Positions 54,902-64,000 of a stretch of DNA of 64,000 nucleotides are shown in pieces. The notes beneath the pieces were generated by a model. It searched no databases. It was not told the origin of the DNA and saw only the letters and a list, made by a program, of their open reading frames with translations. The DNA lies in assembly GCA_963815115.1 (NCBI GenBank), contig CAWFFN010000005.1, positions 864,001-928,000 of the forward strand. Direction: 5' to 3'. The position numbers and the translations under genes were made by a program. Within the stretch, counting starts at the first letter, position 1, and each line of letters opens with the position of its first letter. This DNA comes from an uncultured delta proteobacterium. GTDB lineage: Bacteria; Desulfobacterota; Binatia; DP-6.

Positions 54902-55144
54902 ATGAACGGAAGGGACGTGGACATCTCCGGCGTGAACGCCCGCCTGGTGGAGGCGGCGGAGACGGGCGAGACGATCGAGGTCATCCTCGTCGTGCGCGGC
55001 AAGGTGCGTCCGGTCCGGGGCGCCGACCGCCGCCGCTGGCGGATGCGGGTCGACAGCGACCACGTGCTGACGTTCCGCGCCGATGCCGTCGTGGCTGCGA
55101 CGCCGATCCCGAAAGGGGCGGGCCCGGGGACACGCGGCCGGTGA
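54902..55144 (+). CDS. Small hypothetical protein (80 aa)
   Basis: MNGRDVDISGVNARL...; GC3-rich codons and protein-like composition; family not recognised. Confidence 0.55.
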   Translation: MNGRDVDISGVNARLVEAAETGETIEVILVVRGKVRPVRGADRRRWRMRVDSDHVLTFRADAVVAATPIPKGAGPGTRGR

Positions 55145-55163
55145 GCACCACCCGTGGAGCGGG

Positions 55164-55268
55164 TGCTTTCACGGCGAGCAAGCCGATGCCCGTGGAACGA
55201 GCGGTGCTGTCGTCGTCAGGCTCGAAAGGTGCGAGGGGCGAGGGCGTCATCCTGGCACCGCCCTTGCT
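55164..55268 (+). promoter_or_regulatory. Near-consensus sigma54 promoter with paired NtrC-like boxes driving a non-coding region
   Basis: TGGCACCGCCCTTGCT at 55253-55268; TGCT-N9-AGCA at 55164-55180 and TGC-N11-GCG at 55187-55203. Confidence 0.78.
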
Positions 55269-55278
55269 CTGAAGACCC

Positions 55279-55430
55279 GTGTAGTCTTCGGCTGGCCCGG
55301 CAAAGACACACCAGTCCCCCCCTGGTGGCCGGCGCGCGGCAGGCCAAAAAGGCGAGTTAGGCAAACGGGTCCGCATAACCTGTTGGGTCGATGGGCAGCC
55401 TGGCCGCCGCCAGCCGAAGACTACGCGAAA
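55279..55430 (+). ncRNA. Putative sigma54-dependent structured small RNA (family not recognised)
   Basis: Predicted +1 coincides with a 16-bp perfect closing stem (55281-55296/55409-55424); internal hairpins, one with a UCCCCCC loop; no credible ORF. Confidence 0.62.
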
Positions 55431-55598
55431 GCCGACCGGCCCGCGCTGCGGCTTGCGGATTGAGCGGTGCGCTTTCGGCCGCGACCAGCCTGCTCGCGAT
55501 CGAGCCCACGCAGTCCGGGAACACGTGCGTGGGGTCAGGACGACGCGGTCCAGCGCGGTCTTTGAACCCCGGGACGAAAGGGTTAGTCTCGGCCGGTC

Positions 55599-57791
55599 AT
55601 GGCGGAGTCCAACGACCGAGCGAATCTCACCCGCTGGCTGGAGCTCGCCCGCAAGGAGCGCCGCGGAGCGGAGCCGGACGACCTGGTCTGGCAGACGCCC
55701 GAGGGTCTGGCGGTCAAGCCGCTCTACTCGCAGGCGGACGTCGCCGGTCTCGACGTCCTCGACACCGTGCCCGGCGAATTCCCGTTCCTGCGCGGCCCGC
55801 GCGCCACCATGTACGCGGAGAAGCCGTGGACGATCCGCCAGTACGCCGGCTTCTCCACCGCCGAGGAGTCGAACGCCTTCTACCGCGCCAACCTCGCTGC
55901 CGGACAGATGGGCCTGTCGGTCGCCTTCGATCTCGCCACCCATCGCGGCTACGACAGCGATCACCCGCGCGTCGTGGGCGACGTCGGCAAGGCCGGCGTC
56001 GCGATCGACTCCGTCGAGGACATGAAGATCCTCTTCGACGGCGTGCCGCTCGACAAGATGTCCGTGTCGATGACCATGAACGGCGCCGTGCTGCCGGTGC
56101 TGGCGAGCTTCATCGTGGCCGGCGAGGAGCAGGGCGTGCCGCGGGCCAGGCTCACCGGGACCATCCAGAACGACATCCTGAAGGAGTTCATGGTCCGCAA
56201 CACCTACATCTACCCGCCGGCACCCTCGATGCGGATCGCGGCCGACATCATCGAGTACACGTCGAAGGAGATGCCGCGCTTCAACTCGATCTCGATCTCG
56301 GGCTACCACATGCAGGAGGCCGGGGCGACGTGCGATCTCGAGCTGGCGTTCACCATTGCGGACGGGCTCGAGTACGTGCGCGCCGCGCTCTCGAAAGGGC
56401 TCGACATCGACGCCTTCGCGGGGCGCCTGTCGTTCTTCTTCGCCATCGGGATGAGCTTCTACATGGAGGTGGCGAAGCTGCGCGCGGCGCGTCTCCTGTG
56501 GGCCACGCTGATGAGGAAGCACTTCGGGCCCAAGCAGGCGGCCTCGCTGATGCTCCGGACGCACTGCCAGACCTCGGGCGCGAGCCTCACCGAGCAGGAC
56601 CCCTTCAACAACATCGTCCGCACCACCATCGAGGCCATGGCCGCCGTCTTCGGCGGCACCCAGAGCCTGCACACGAACTCCTTCGACGAGGCCATCGCGC
56701 TGCCGACCGACGCCTCGGCACGCGTCGCCCGCAACACCCAGCTCATCCTCCAGCTCGAGACCGGGATCCCGAAGGTGATCGACCCCTGGGGCGGCTCGTA
56801 CTTCATGGAGGCTCTGACCCACGCGCTCGCGGCGAAGGCGCTCACCATCATCGACGAGGTCGAGCAGCTCGGCGGCATGACCAAGGCGATAGAGGCCGGC
56901 ATGCCGAAGCTGCGCATCGAGGAGGCTGCCGCCCGCCGTCAGGCGCGCGTCGACCGGGGCGAGGACGTGATCGTCGGCGTGAACAAGTTCAAGCTGGCGG
57001 AGGAGCCCGAGATCGACACGCGCGAGATCGACAACACGGCGGTGCGCGAGGCGCAGGTACGCGGTCTCGAGCGCATCCGCGCCACCCGCGACGCGGGCAA
57101 GGTCCGTGACACGCTGGCGGCACTCGTGCGCTGCGCGGAGACGGGGGAGGGAAACCTCCTCGGGTTCGCGGTCGAAGCGGCGCGGGCGCGGGCGACGATC
57201 GGCGAGATCTCGGACGCCCTCGAGAGCGTCTGGGGCCGCTTCCAGGCCCAGATCCGGTCGATCTCCGGGGTCTACGGCGGGCACTTCGCGGACGACGCCG
57301 ACTGGAAGGCAATGCGCGAGGAGATCGACCGCTTCGTACACGATCAGGGCCGGCGGCCGCGACTCCTCGTGGCGAAGGTGGGCCAGGACGGGCACGATCG
57401 CGGCGCCAAGGTGATCGCGACCGCCTTTGCCGACCTCGGGTTCGACGTGGACGTCGGCACGCTCTTCCAGACGCCCGAGGAGGTGGCACGCCAGGCGGTC
57501 GAGAACGACGTGCACGTGGTCGGCATCTCGACCCAGTCGGGCGGCCACAAGACGCTCGTGCCGCAGCTCGTCCGCGAGCTCGAGCGCCTCGGCGCCGGGG
57601 ACATCGTGGTCACGGTCGGCGGCATCATCCCGGCGAAGGACTACCGGATGCTCGAGCAGGCGGGCGTCAAGGCGGTCTTCGGCCCGGGCACGAACGTGCC
57701 GAAGGCGGCGCGCCGCGTGCTCGAGCTGATCAAGGTTCCGACCCGAGACTTCGTCTCGGGTCGGACGGGGAGCGAGCGTGCGACGTCTTGA
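55599..57791 (+). CDS. scpA: Methylmalonyl-CoA mutase (fused catalytic and B12-binding domains)
   Basis: [49 protein letters not shown]; C-terminal tail from repeat copy C. Confidence 0.96.
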   Translation: MAESNDRANLTRWLELARKERRGAEPDDLVWQTPEGLAVKPLYSQADVAGLDVLDTVPGEFPFLRGPRATMYAEKPWTIRQYAGFSTAEESNAFYRANLAAGQMGLSVAFDLATHRGYDSDHPRVVGDVGKAGVAIDSVEDMKILFDGVPLDKMSVSMTMNGAVLPVLASFIVAGEEQGVPRARLTGTIQNDILKEFMVRNTYIYPPAPSMRIAADIIEYTSKEMPRFNSISISGYHMQEAGATCDLELAFTIADGLEYVRAALSKGLDIDAFAGRLSFFFAIGMSFYMEVAKLRAARLLWATLMRKHFGPKQAASLMLRTHCQTSGASLTEQDPFNNIVRTTIEAMAAVFGGTQSLHTNSFDEAIALPTDASARVARNTQLILQLETGIPKVIDPWGGSYFMEALTHALAAKALTIIDEVEQLGGMTKAIEAGMPKLRIEEAAARRQARVDRGEDVIVGVNKFKLAEEPEIDTREIDNTAVREAQVRGLERIRATRDAGKVRDTLAALVRCAETGEGNLLGFAVEAARARATIGEISDALESVWGRFQAQIRSISGVYGGHFADDADWKAMREEIDRFVHDQGRRPRLLVAKVGQDGHDRGAKVIATAFADLGFDVDVGTLFQTPEEVARQAVENDVHVVGISTQSGGHKTLVPQLVRELERLGAGDIVVTVGGIIPAKDYRMLEQAGVKAVFGPGTNVPKAARRVLELIKVPTRDFVSGRTGSERATS

Positions 57792-58001
57792 CCGGTGCGA
57801 TCGTCGTGCCGCGAGCGGCGAAGCCGCCGCGGCAGACGAGCCGGCAGCGGAAGCGACATGCTCGTGAGCGGCGAACGCTCGCCTCTGGCCTCTCCCAAGG
57901 GTTGCCGCGCCGGCTTTGCCGGCCGCGGCACGGCGGTCGTCGGGTTCACGGGGCGCCACACGCTCGCCTCCCCTCTCGCCCCGAGACGAAGTCTCGGGGC
58001 G
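57737..58001 (+). repeat. REP/REPIN-like element, copy C (full)
   Basis: Terminal hairpins 57737-57765 and 57977-58001 plus two internal hairpins; both arms align with copy B. Confidence 0.9.
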
Positions 58002-58006
58002 TGGTA

Positions 58007-59017
58007 ATGCGGCTCGCGGCCGACCTCGTGGCCGGCGATCGCCGCGCGCTCGCCAAGGCGATCACGCTGGTCGAGAGCACGCGCGGCGACGACCAGGCGG
58101 GGGCGCAGCGGCTGCTCGAGCAGGTCCTGCCCCGGACCGGGCGCGCCGTCCGTGTCGGCGTGACCGGCGCGCCGGGCGCGGGGAAGAGCACGTTCATCGA
58201 GGCGTTCGGGCTCTATCTCATCGCGCGGGGGAAGCGCGTCGCGGTGCTGGCCGTCGATCCGTCGAGCGCGCGCTCCGGCGGCAGCATCCTCGGCGACAAG
58301 ACGCGCATGGCCCGGCTGGCGGTCGCGCCGGAGGCGTTCATCCGGCCCAGCCCGTCTGGGGGATCGCTCGGCGGCGTCGCCCGCCGCACTCGCGAGGCCA
58401 TTCTCGTGTGCGAGGCGGCGGGCTACGACGTCGTGCTGGTCGAGACCGTCGGCGTGGGTCAGTCCGAGGTGGCGGTCGCCTCGATGGTCGACTTCTTCCT
58501 GGTGCTGATGCTCCCGGGCGCGGGCGACGAGCTGCAGGGCATCAAGAAGGGCATCCTCGAGCTCGCCGACGCGCTCGCGGTCAACAAGTGCGACGGCGAC
58601 AACGTGCGGCGCGCGGAGCGCGCGGCGGGCGAGTACCGGGCAGCGCTGCACCTCTTCCGTCACGTGAGCGCGAACTGGGACCCTCCCGTGTTGCTGGTGA
58701 GCGCCCTCGAAGGTCGGGGCATGGAGCAGGTGTGGGCCACGGTCGAGGACCACAGGGCACGCCTGAGCGCGTCCGGCGAGCTGGCCGCACGGCGCCGCGA
58801 CCAGCAGCAGCAGTGGTTCGTGTCGATGCTGCGCGACGGCCTGGAGGAGCGCTTCCGCCAGCGCCAGGACGTCCGCCGGCTCCTCCCCGACCTGGAGGCG
58901 GCGGTCGTGGCGGCGAAGATCACGCCCACGGAGGCGGCGCGCCGATTGCTCGCACTGCTCGACGACGGCGGCGACGGCGGCGAGCGCGCGAGCGCGCCGC
59001 GCCGTGCGCGGGGGTGA
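58007..59017 (+). CDS. meaB: Methylmalonyl-CoA mutase-associated GTPase
   Basis: [50 protein letters not shown]. Confidence 0.95.
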   Translation: MRLAADLVAGDRRALAKAITLVESTRGDDQAGAQRLLEQVLPRTGRAVRVGVTGAPGAGKSTFIEAFGLYLIARGKRVAVLAVDPSSARSGGSILGDKTRMARLAVAPEAFIRPSPSGGSLGGVARRTREAILVCEAAGYDVVLVETVGVGQSEVAVASMVDFFLVLMLPGAGDELQGIKKGILELADALAVNKCDGDNVRRAERAAGEYRAALHLFRHVSANWDPPVLLVSALEGRGMEQVWATVEDHRARLSASGELAARRRDQQQQWFVSMLRDGLEERFRQRQDVRRLLPDLEAAVVAAKITPTEAARRLLALLDDGGDGGERASAPRRARG

Positions 59018-59020
59018 ACC

Positions 59021-60035
59021 GTGAAGATCCGCGTCGGACTCGGACTCGCCCAGCTGCCGTTCGCGGACGCGCGGGCGTTCTGGCGCTTCATCGAGCGCTG
59101 CGAGGCGAGCGACCTCGACTCCCTGTGGCAGACCGACCGCCTGGTGTCCTCGGTGCCCCAGCTCGAGCCGATGAGCGTGATGGCGGCGCTCGCGGGCGGC
59201 ACCGAGCGGCTCAAGTTCGGCATGAACGTCACGGTGGTGAGCTTCCGCGACCCGCTCGTGCTCGCCAAGGAGTGCGCCACGATCGACTTCCTGAGCGGCG
59301 GCCGGTTGCTGCCCGCCTTCGGCGTCGGTCCGGCGATCGCCCCCGAATGGGCTGCCACCAGCCGGCCGTACGCCGGCAGCGGCGCGCCGCGCGGACGAGG
59401 CGCTGGAGATCATGGCGCGTCTGTGGACGGGCGAGCGCCTGACCTTCACGGGCGAGCACTACCGCTACGCCGGCGCGCGCATCGCCCCGCTGCCGGTGCA
59501 GCGGCCGCTGCCGCTGTGGATCGGCGGCAGCAGTCCGGCCTCGATCCGGCGCACGGCGCGGCTGGGAACCGGGTGGCTGGCCGGTCCGCAGAGCCCGGAG
59601 CAGGTGGGGCCGGTCATCGCGGCGATCCGCGAGGCCAGCGCCGCCGCCGGCCGGCCGATCGATCCCGACCACTACGGGGTCACCGTCCCGTTCCGCTTCG
59701 GATCGCCCGACGAGCCGCTGGTGCAGGCCGTCGGCACGCAGCTCGCGCAGCGCAATCAGGGTGCCGATCCCGCGCGTCACGTCGCGATCGGCGGCGCGGC
59801 CCACATCCTCGACCGCCTCGACGAGTTCCGGGCGGGGGGCGCGTCGAAGTTCGTGCTGCTCCCCATCGCCGCCGGGGACGCCGAGGTGCTCGATCAGACC
59901 GAGCGCCTGATCGGTGAGGTCCTCCCGGTGGTTCACGGGCCCGAGGGCAACGGCTGGCGAAAGCGCCCGGCGGCGGAGTACACTACACCTGCCGCGCCCG
60001 CCGCGCGCACGCCCACGAGGGAGCCCGAGCGATGA
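59021..60035 (+). CDS. LLM class flavin/F420-dependent oxidoreductase; frameshift near 59390
   Basis: DSLWQTDR, RDPLVLAKECATIDFLSGGR, then PLPVQRPLPLWIGG in the next frame. Confidence 0.85.
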
Positions 60036-62072
60036 CACGCGAAGCGCACCTGCTCTACGACGCCGACGGCAAGCCCACGCACGATGCGCCGTGGATCTTC
60101 CGCACCTACGCCGGGCACACCAACGTCGCAGGAGTCGAACGCGCTCTACCGGGCGAATCTCTCCCGCGGCCAGACCGGCCTCTCGATCGCCTTCGACCTG
60201 CCCACCCAGTGCGGCTACAGCTCCGACCATCCGCTGGCGGTGCCGGAGATCGGCAAGGTGGGCGTTCCCGTCAACACGCTCGACGACTTCGCGCTGCTCT
60301 TCGACGGCATTCCCGTCGACGAGATCAACACCTCGATGACGATCAACGCGACCGCGATGTGGCTGCTGGCGCTCTACGTCGCCCTCGCCGAGCAGCGCGG
60401 CGTCGACCCGGCGCGGCTCCAGGGCACGACGCAGAACGACATCGTGAAGGAGTACCTGGCGCGCGGCACCTACATCTTCCCGCCGCGCGAGTCCGTCCGC
60501 CTCATCGTCGACATGTACGAGCACTGCCTGCACCACGTCCCGCGCTGGAACGCGTCGAACATCTGCTCGTACCACCTGCAGGAGGCGGGCGCGACGCCGA
60601 CGCAGGAGCTGGCCTTCGCGCTCGCCACCGCCATGGCCGTGCTCGACGCCGTGCGCGCGCGCGGCGGCTTCAGCGGCGACGACTTCGAGCGCTGCGTCGG
60701 GCGCGTGTCCTTCTTCGTCAACGCCGGCATCCGCTTCGTCGAGGAGATGTGCAAGCTGCGCGCCTTCGCCGAGATGTGGGACGAGATCACGCGCGACCGG
60801 TACGGCGTGACGAATCCGAAGTACCGGCTCTTCCGCTACGGCGTGCAGGTGAACTCCCTCGGCCTCACCGAGGAGCAGCCCGAGAACAACGCCTGGCGCA
60901 TCCTCATCGAGGCGCTCGGGGTCACGCTCAGCCGCACCGCCCGCTGCCGGGCGCTCCAGCTGCCGACGTGGAACGAGGCGCTCAGCCTGCCGCGGCCCTG
61001 GGACCAGCAGTGGTCGCTGCGCCTCCAGCAGATCCTGGCCTACGAGACCGACCTGCTCGAGTATCCCGACCTGTTCGACGGCTCGCCCGTGGTGGCGTCC
61101 AAGGTCGCGGCGCTCAAGGCGGCCGCCTACACGGAGATCGCGACCATCGAGGAGCTGGGCGGCGCCATCGAGGCGATCGAGTCGGGCTATCTGAAGGCGG
61201 CGCTGGTTCGCAGCCAGGCGCAGCGGATGGCGCGCATCAATGCGGGCGACGCGGTGGTCGTCGGCCGCAACCGCTGGACCGAGGGCCTGCCGTCGCCGCT
61301 GCTCTCGGGCGAGGACGGAGGACTCTTCCGGGTCGACCCCGGGTCCGCCGCCCAGACGCTCGAGATGCTGCGCGCCACCCGCAGCCGGCGCAGCCAGGCG
61401 GCGGTGGACGACGCGCTTCGCCGCCTGCGTGACGACGCGGTCGCGGGCAAGAATCTCATGCCGGCGTCCATCACCTGCGCGAAGGCGCGGGTCGCGACCG
61501 GCGAATGGGCGGACGTGCTGCGGCAGATCTTCGGCGAGTACCGGCCGGCGACGGGAATCGACGGCCAGCAGCTCGGCCTCGAGAACGCCCGGGTCGCCGC
61601 GGTGCGCGCCCGGGTCGCCGCCTGGACGGCGGGGCACGGGACGCGGCCGCGCATCGTCGTCGGCAAGGCCGGGCTCGACGGCCACTCGAACGGCTCGGAG
61701 ATGATCGCGGTCGCCGCCAAGCACGCCGGCTTCGACGTGGTCTACGGCGGCATCCGCATGACGCCCGAGGAGATCGTCCAGTCGGCCGTCGAGGAGGATG
61801 CCTCCGTGCTCGGCCTCTCCGTCCTCTCCGGGTCGCATCTCGAGATCGCGCGCATGGTGCTCGAGGCGCTCGAGCGACAGGGAGCGCGCGAAGCCATCCC
61901 CGTCGTCCTCGGCGGCATCGTGCCGGATGCGGACGTCGAGCCGCTCGGGCGCCTCGGCGTCAAGGCGGTCTTCACGCCCCGCGACTTCGACCTGATGGCC
62001 GTGATGGACCGCATCCTCGACGTCATCGGTGCGCCCCGCGATGAGCCCGAGGCACGCGTCGCCAGCGCGTGA
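60032..62072 (+). CDS. ecm: Ethylmalonyl-CoA mutase-like (Ecm/MeaA) B12 enzyme; frameshift near 60128
   Basis: PWIFRTYAGH, GQTGLSIAFDLPTQ, QNDIVKEYLARGT, NICSYHLQE, GLDGHSNG (Ecm/MeaA-type signatures). Confidence 0.85.
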
Positions 62073-63087
62073 GCCGGCGAGGCGTGGCGGCGCGCCCCCG
62101 GCGCTCGATGCCGGCGTGCGGGCGTTGCTCGAGCGCGCGGCACGGCTCGAGAAGCACCCGCTCGCGCGTCTGATCACGCTGGTCGAGCAGGAGCACGACG
62201 CCGGTCGCGCCGGGCGTGCCGCGCTGTTCCGCCACCTGGCGGCCCATGCCGACGCCTACCCGCTCCGCGCCCGCGTGATCGGCATCACCGGAACGCCGGG
62301 GTCGGGAAAGTCGACGCTGATCGGGCGGATCGCCCTCGAGCTGCTGCACGATGACCCGAGCGCGCGCGTCGCGGTGCTGGCGATCGATCCCTCGAGCGCC
62401 GAGTCGGGCGGGGCGCTCCTCGGCGACCGCGTGCGCACGCATTTTCCCGTCGGGGAGCGCCGCATCTTCTTTCGCTCCCAGGCGACCGACGGCGATCTCG
62501 GCGGCGTCGGGCGCCGCACCTTCGCGGTCACGCGTCTCCTGCGTCACCTCTTCGATTTCGTCTTCGTGGAGACGGTCGGCATCGGGCAGAGCGAGATCGA
62601 GGTCACGGCGCTCGCCGATCTGACGGCGCTCGTCCTGCAGCCGCTCGCGGGCGACCATGTCCAGTTCCTGAAGGCGGGCGTGATGGAGGTGCCCGACGTG
62701 TTCGTCATCAACAAGTGCGACGAGGCCGCGCTGGCTCGGCGGAGCCTGCACGAGCTGCGCTCGGCGCTCGACACGGCCCGCGTCGGCCGCGAGGCCCATC
62801 CCATCTTCAAGACGAGCGCACTGCGCGGAACCGGGATCGCGGAGCTGGCCGCCTTCCTGCGCCGGACGGTGCAGCCACCCGACGCGACGTCCCTGCGGCG
62901 CCGCGAGCGCCACTTCCTCGCCCGGGCGGTGGCGGGACGTTACGGCCGCTTCGGTGTGGAGGAGCTCGAGCGGGTGATGGCGGCGTGGCCCGCCGAGCGT
63001 GCCAGGCGGGCCTCCTACGAGGAGCTCGAGGACGCCGCGCTGGAGGAGATCCGCGGCCGCATCCGGCCGCGCGAGGCGGGGGCGTAG
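62041..63087 (+). CDS. Second, divergent MeaB/ArgK-family GTPase
   Basis: ARLITLVE, GITGTPGSGKST, AIDPSS, LLGDRVR, ETVGIGQSE, NKCD. Confidence 0.88.
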   Translation: MSPRHASPAREPARRGGAPPALDAGVRALLERAARLEKHPLARLITLVEQEHDAGRAGRAALFRHLAAHADAYPLRARVIGITGTPGSGKSTLIGRIALELLHDDPSARVAVLAIDPSSAESGGALLGDRVRTHFPVGERRIFFRSQATDGDLGGVGRRTFAVTRLLRHLFDFVFVETVGIGQSEIEVTALADLTALVLQPLAGDHVQFLKAGVMEVPDVFVINKCDEAALARRSLHELRSALDTARVGREAHPIFKTSALRGTGIAELAAFLRRTVQPPDATSLRRRERHFLARAVAGRYGRFGVEELERVMAAWPAERARRASYEELEDAALEEIRGRIRPREAGA

Positions 63088-63089
63088 CC

Positions 63090-63710
63090 GTGCTGCGGCT
63101 CTACGACCACCTCGCGTCGGGCAACGGCTACAAGGTCCGATTGCTGCTCCATCAGCTCGGCATCCCGTTCGAGCGGGTCGAGCTCGACATCGTGCAGGGC
63201 GAGACGCGCACGCCGGAGTTCCTGGCGAGGAACCCGAACGGCCGCATCCCGACCCTCGCGCTGGAGGACGGAAGCCACCTCGCCGAGTCGAATGCCGTCC
63301 TCTTCTACCTGGCCGACGGGACCGCCTTCCTGCCTGCAGATCGCCTCGCGCGCGCCCGCGTGCTGCAGTGGATGTTCTTCGAGCAGTACAGCCACGAGCC
63401 GAACATCGCGACGGTGCGCTTCTGGCTGCACACGGGGCTCGATGAGGAACGGCGGTCCATGCTCGCTCTCAAGCGGCGGCTGGGCCACGCTGCTCTCGGC
63501 GTGATGGAAGGGCATCTGCGCGAGCAGACCTTCTTCGTCGGCGAGCGCTACGGCATCGCCGACATCGCGCTCTACGCCTACACCCACGTGGCGGACGAGG
63601 GCGGCTTCGAGCTCGAGCCCTATCCCGCGGTCCGGGCGTGGCTCGAGCGCGTGCGCGCCCAGCCCGGCCACGTTCCGATCACGTGGGAAGGCTCGACGGC
63701 GACGCCCTGA
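63090..63710 (+). CDS. Glutathione S-transferase family protein
   Basis: SGNGYKVRL, NPNGRIPTL, LAESNAVL, QWMFFEQYSHEP, ADIALYAYTH. Confidence 0.93.
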   Translation: MLRLYDHLASGNGYKVRLLLHQLGIPFERVELDIVQGETRTPEFLARNPNGRIPTLALEDGSHLAESNAVLFYLADGTAFLPADRLARARVLQWMFFEQYSHEPNIATVRFWLHTGLDEERRSMLALKRRLGHAALGVMEGHLREQTFFVGERYGIADIALYAYTHVADEGGFELEPYPAVRAWLERVRAQPGHVPITWEGSTATP

Positions 63711-63730
63711 CGGCCCTCGAGTCGCCCGCG

Positions 63731-64000
63731 CTACTCGGGATCGACGAAGCGCGCCGGCCGCTTCTCGAGGTTCGACTGCACCGCCTCGAGCTGGTTGGGC
63801 GAGCCGATCAGCGAGCGCTGGATCGCCTCCTCGAGCCGGAAGCCCTCCTCGCGGCTGGCCGCCACGGTGGTGTTGAGGAGGCGCTTCGCGGCGCGCACCG
63901 CGCTCGGCGACTTGCCGGCGATCTCCCGTGCCATCGCCAGCGCCGCCTCGCGCGGCGACTCCTCGACGCGCGTCGCGAGGCCGAGCGCGACCGCCTCCTC
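63731..64000 (-). CDS. Enoyl-CoA hydratase/crotonase family, C-terminal part (truncated by window end)
   Basis: EAVALGLATRV...AREIAGKSPSAVRAAKRLL...NQLEAV..EKRPARF. Confidence 0.82.
   Translation of the reverse strand, partial: EEAVALGLATRVEESPREAALAMAREIAGKSPSAVRAAKRLLNTTVAASREEGFRLEEAIQRSLIGSPNQLEAVQSNLEKRPARFVDPE

Noticed and set aside
55145-55598. Cobalamin riboswitch upstream of methylmalonyl-CoA mutase
   Set aside because: B12-box and the conserved GGGAA / GCCCCCGCnACTGT elements were not found, and scpA appears to have its own proximal promoter. An Rfam scan is still advisable.

Overview
Very GC-rich bacterial chromosomal window. Gene content and protein style suggest a deltaproteobacterial/Binatia-like organism (inference only). 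It is mostly housekeeping and acyl-CoA metabolism: nuoL(3')-nuoM-nuoN-rsmI; a glycogen cluster (DUF4912-like protein, GH57 branching enzyme, glgA); a GH13 flanked by 14-bp direct repeats; hisI, ligA, an M16 peptidase pair, two ArnT-type glycosyltransferases, HtrA, RNase R, pdaD; an ETF-linked membrane Fe-S oxidoreductase, two biotin-dependent acyl-CoA carboxylase systems, etfBA/IclR; a CP-ATP-grasp/alpha-E/transglutaminase operon; glnB; and two B12 mutases (Mcm and Ecm/MeaA-type), each followed by its own MeaB. Non-obvious signals: (1) a highly structured ~150-nt non-coding RNA at ~55279-55430 behind a near-perfect sigma54 promoter with paired NtrC-like boxes, the same architecture as at glnB and the ATP-grasp operon; (2) a REPIN/MITE-like double-hairpin repeat family (3 copies) with cGNAg triloops and a compensatory change, two copies supplying protein C-termini; (3) an aldo/keto reductase with CxxC-TM-TM-CxxC plus an internal twin-arginine motif; (4) about 12 tandem GASE octapeptides in the DUF4912-like protein. 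Several genes carry single-base frameshifts that look like sequencing indels. No rRNA, tRNA, CRISPR or transposase/integrase was recognised. All calls are by eye, with no database searches.
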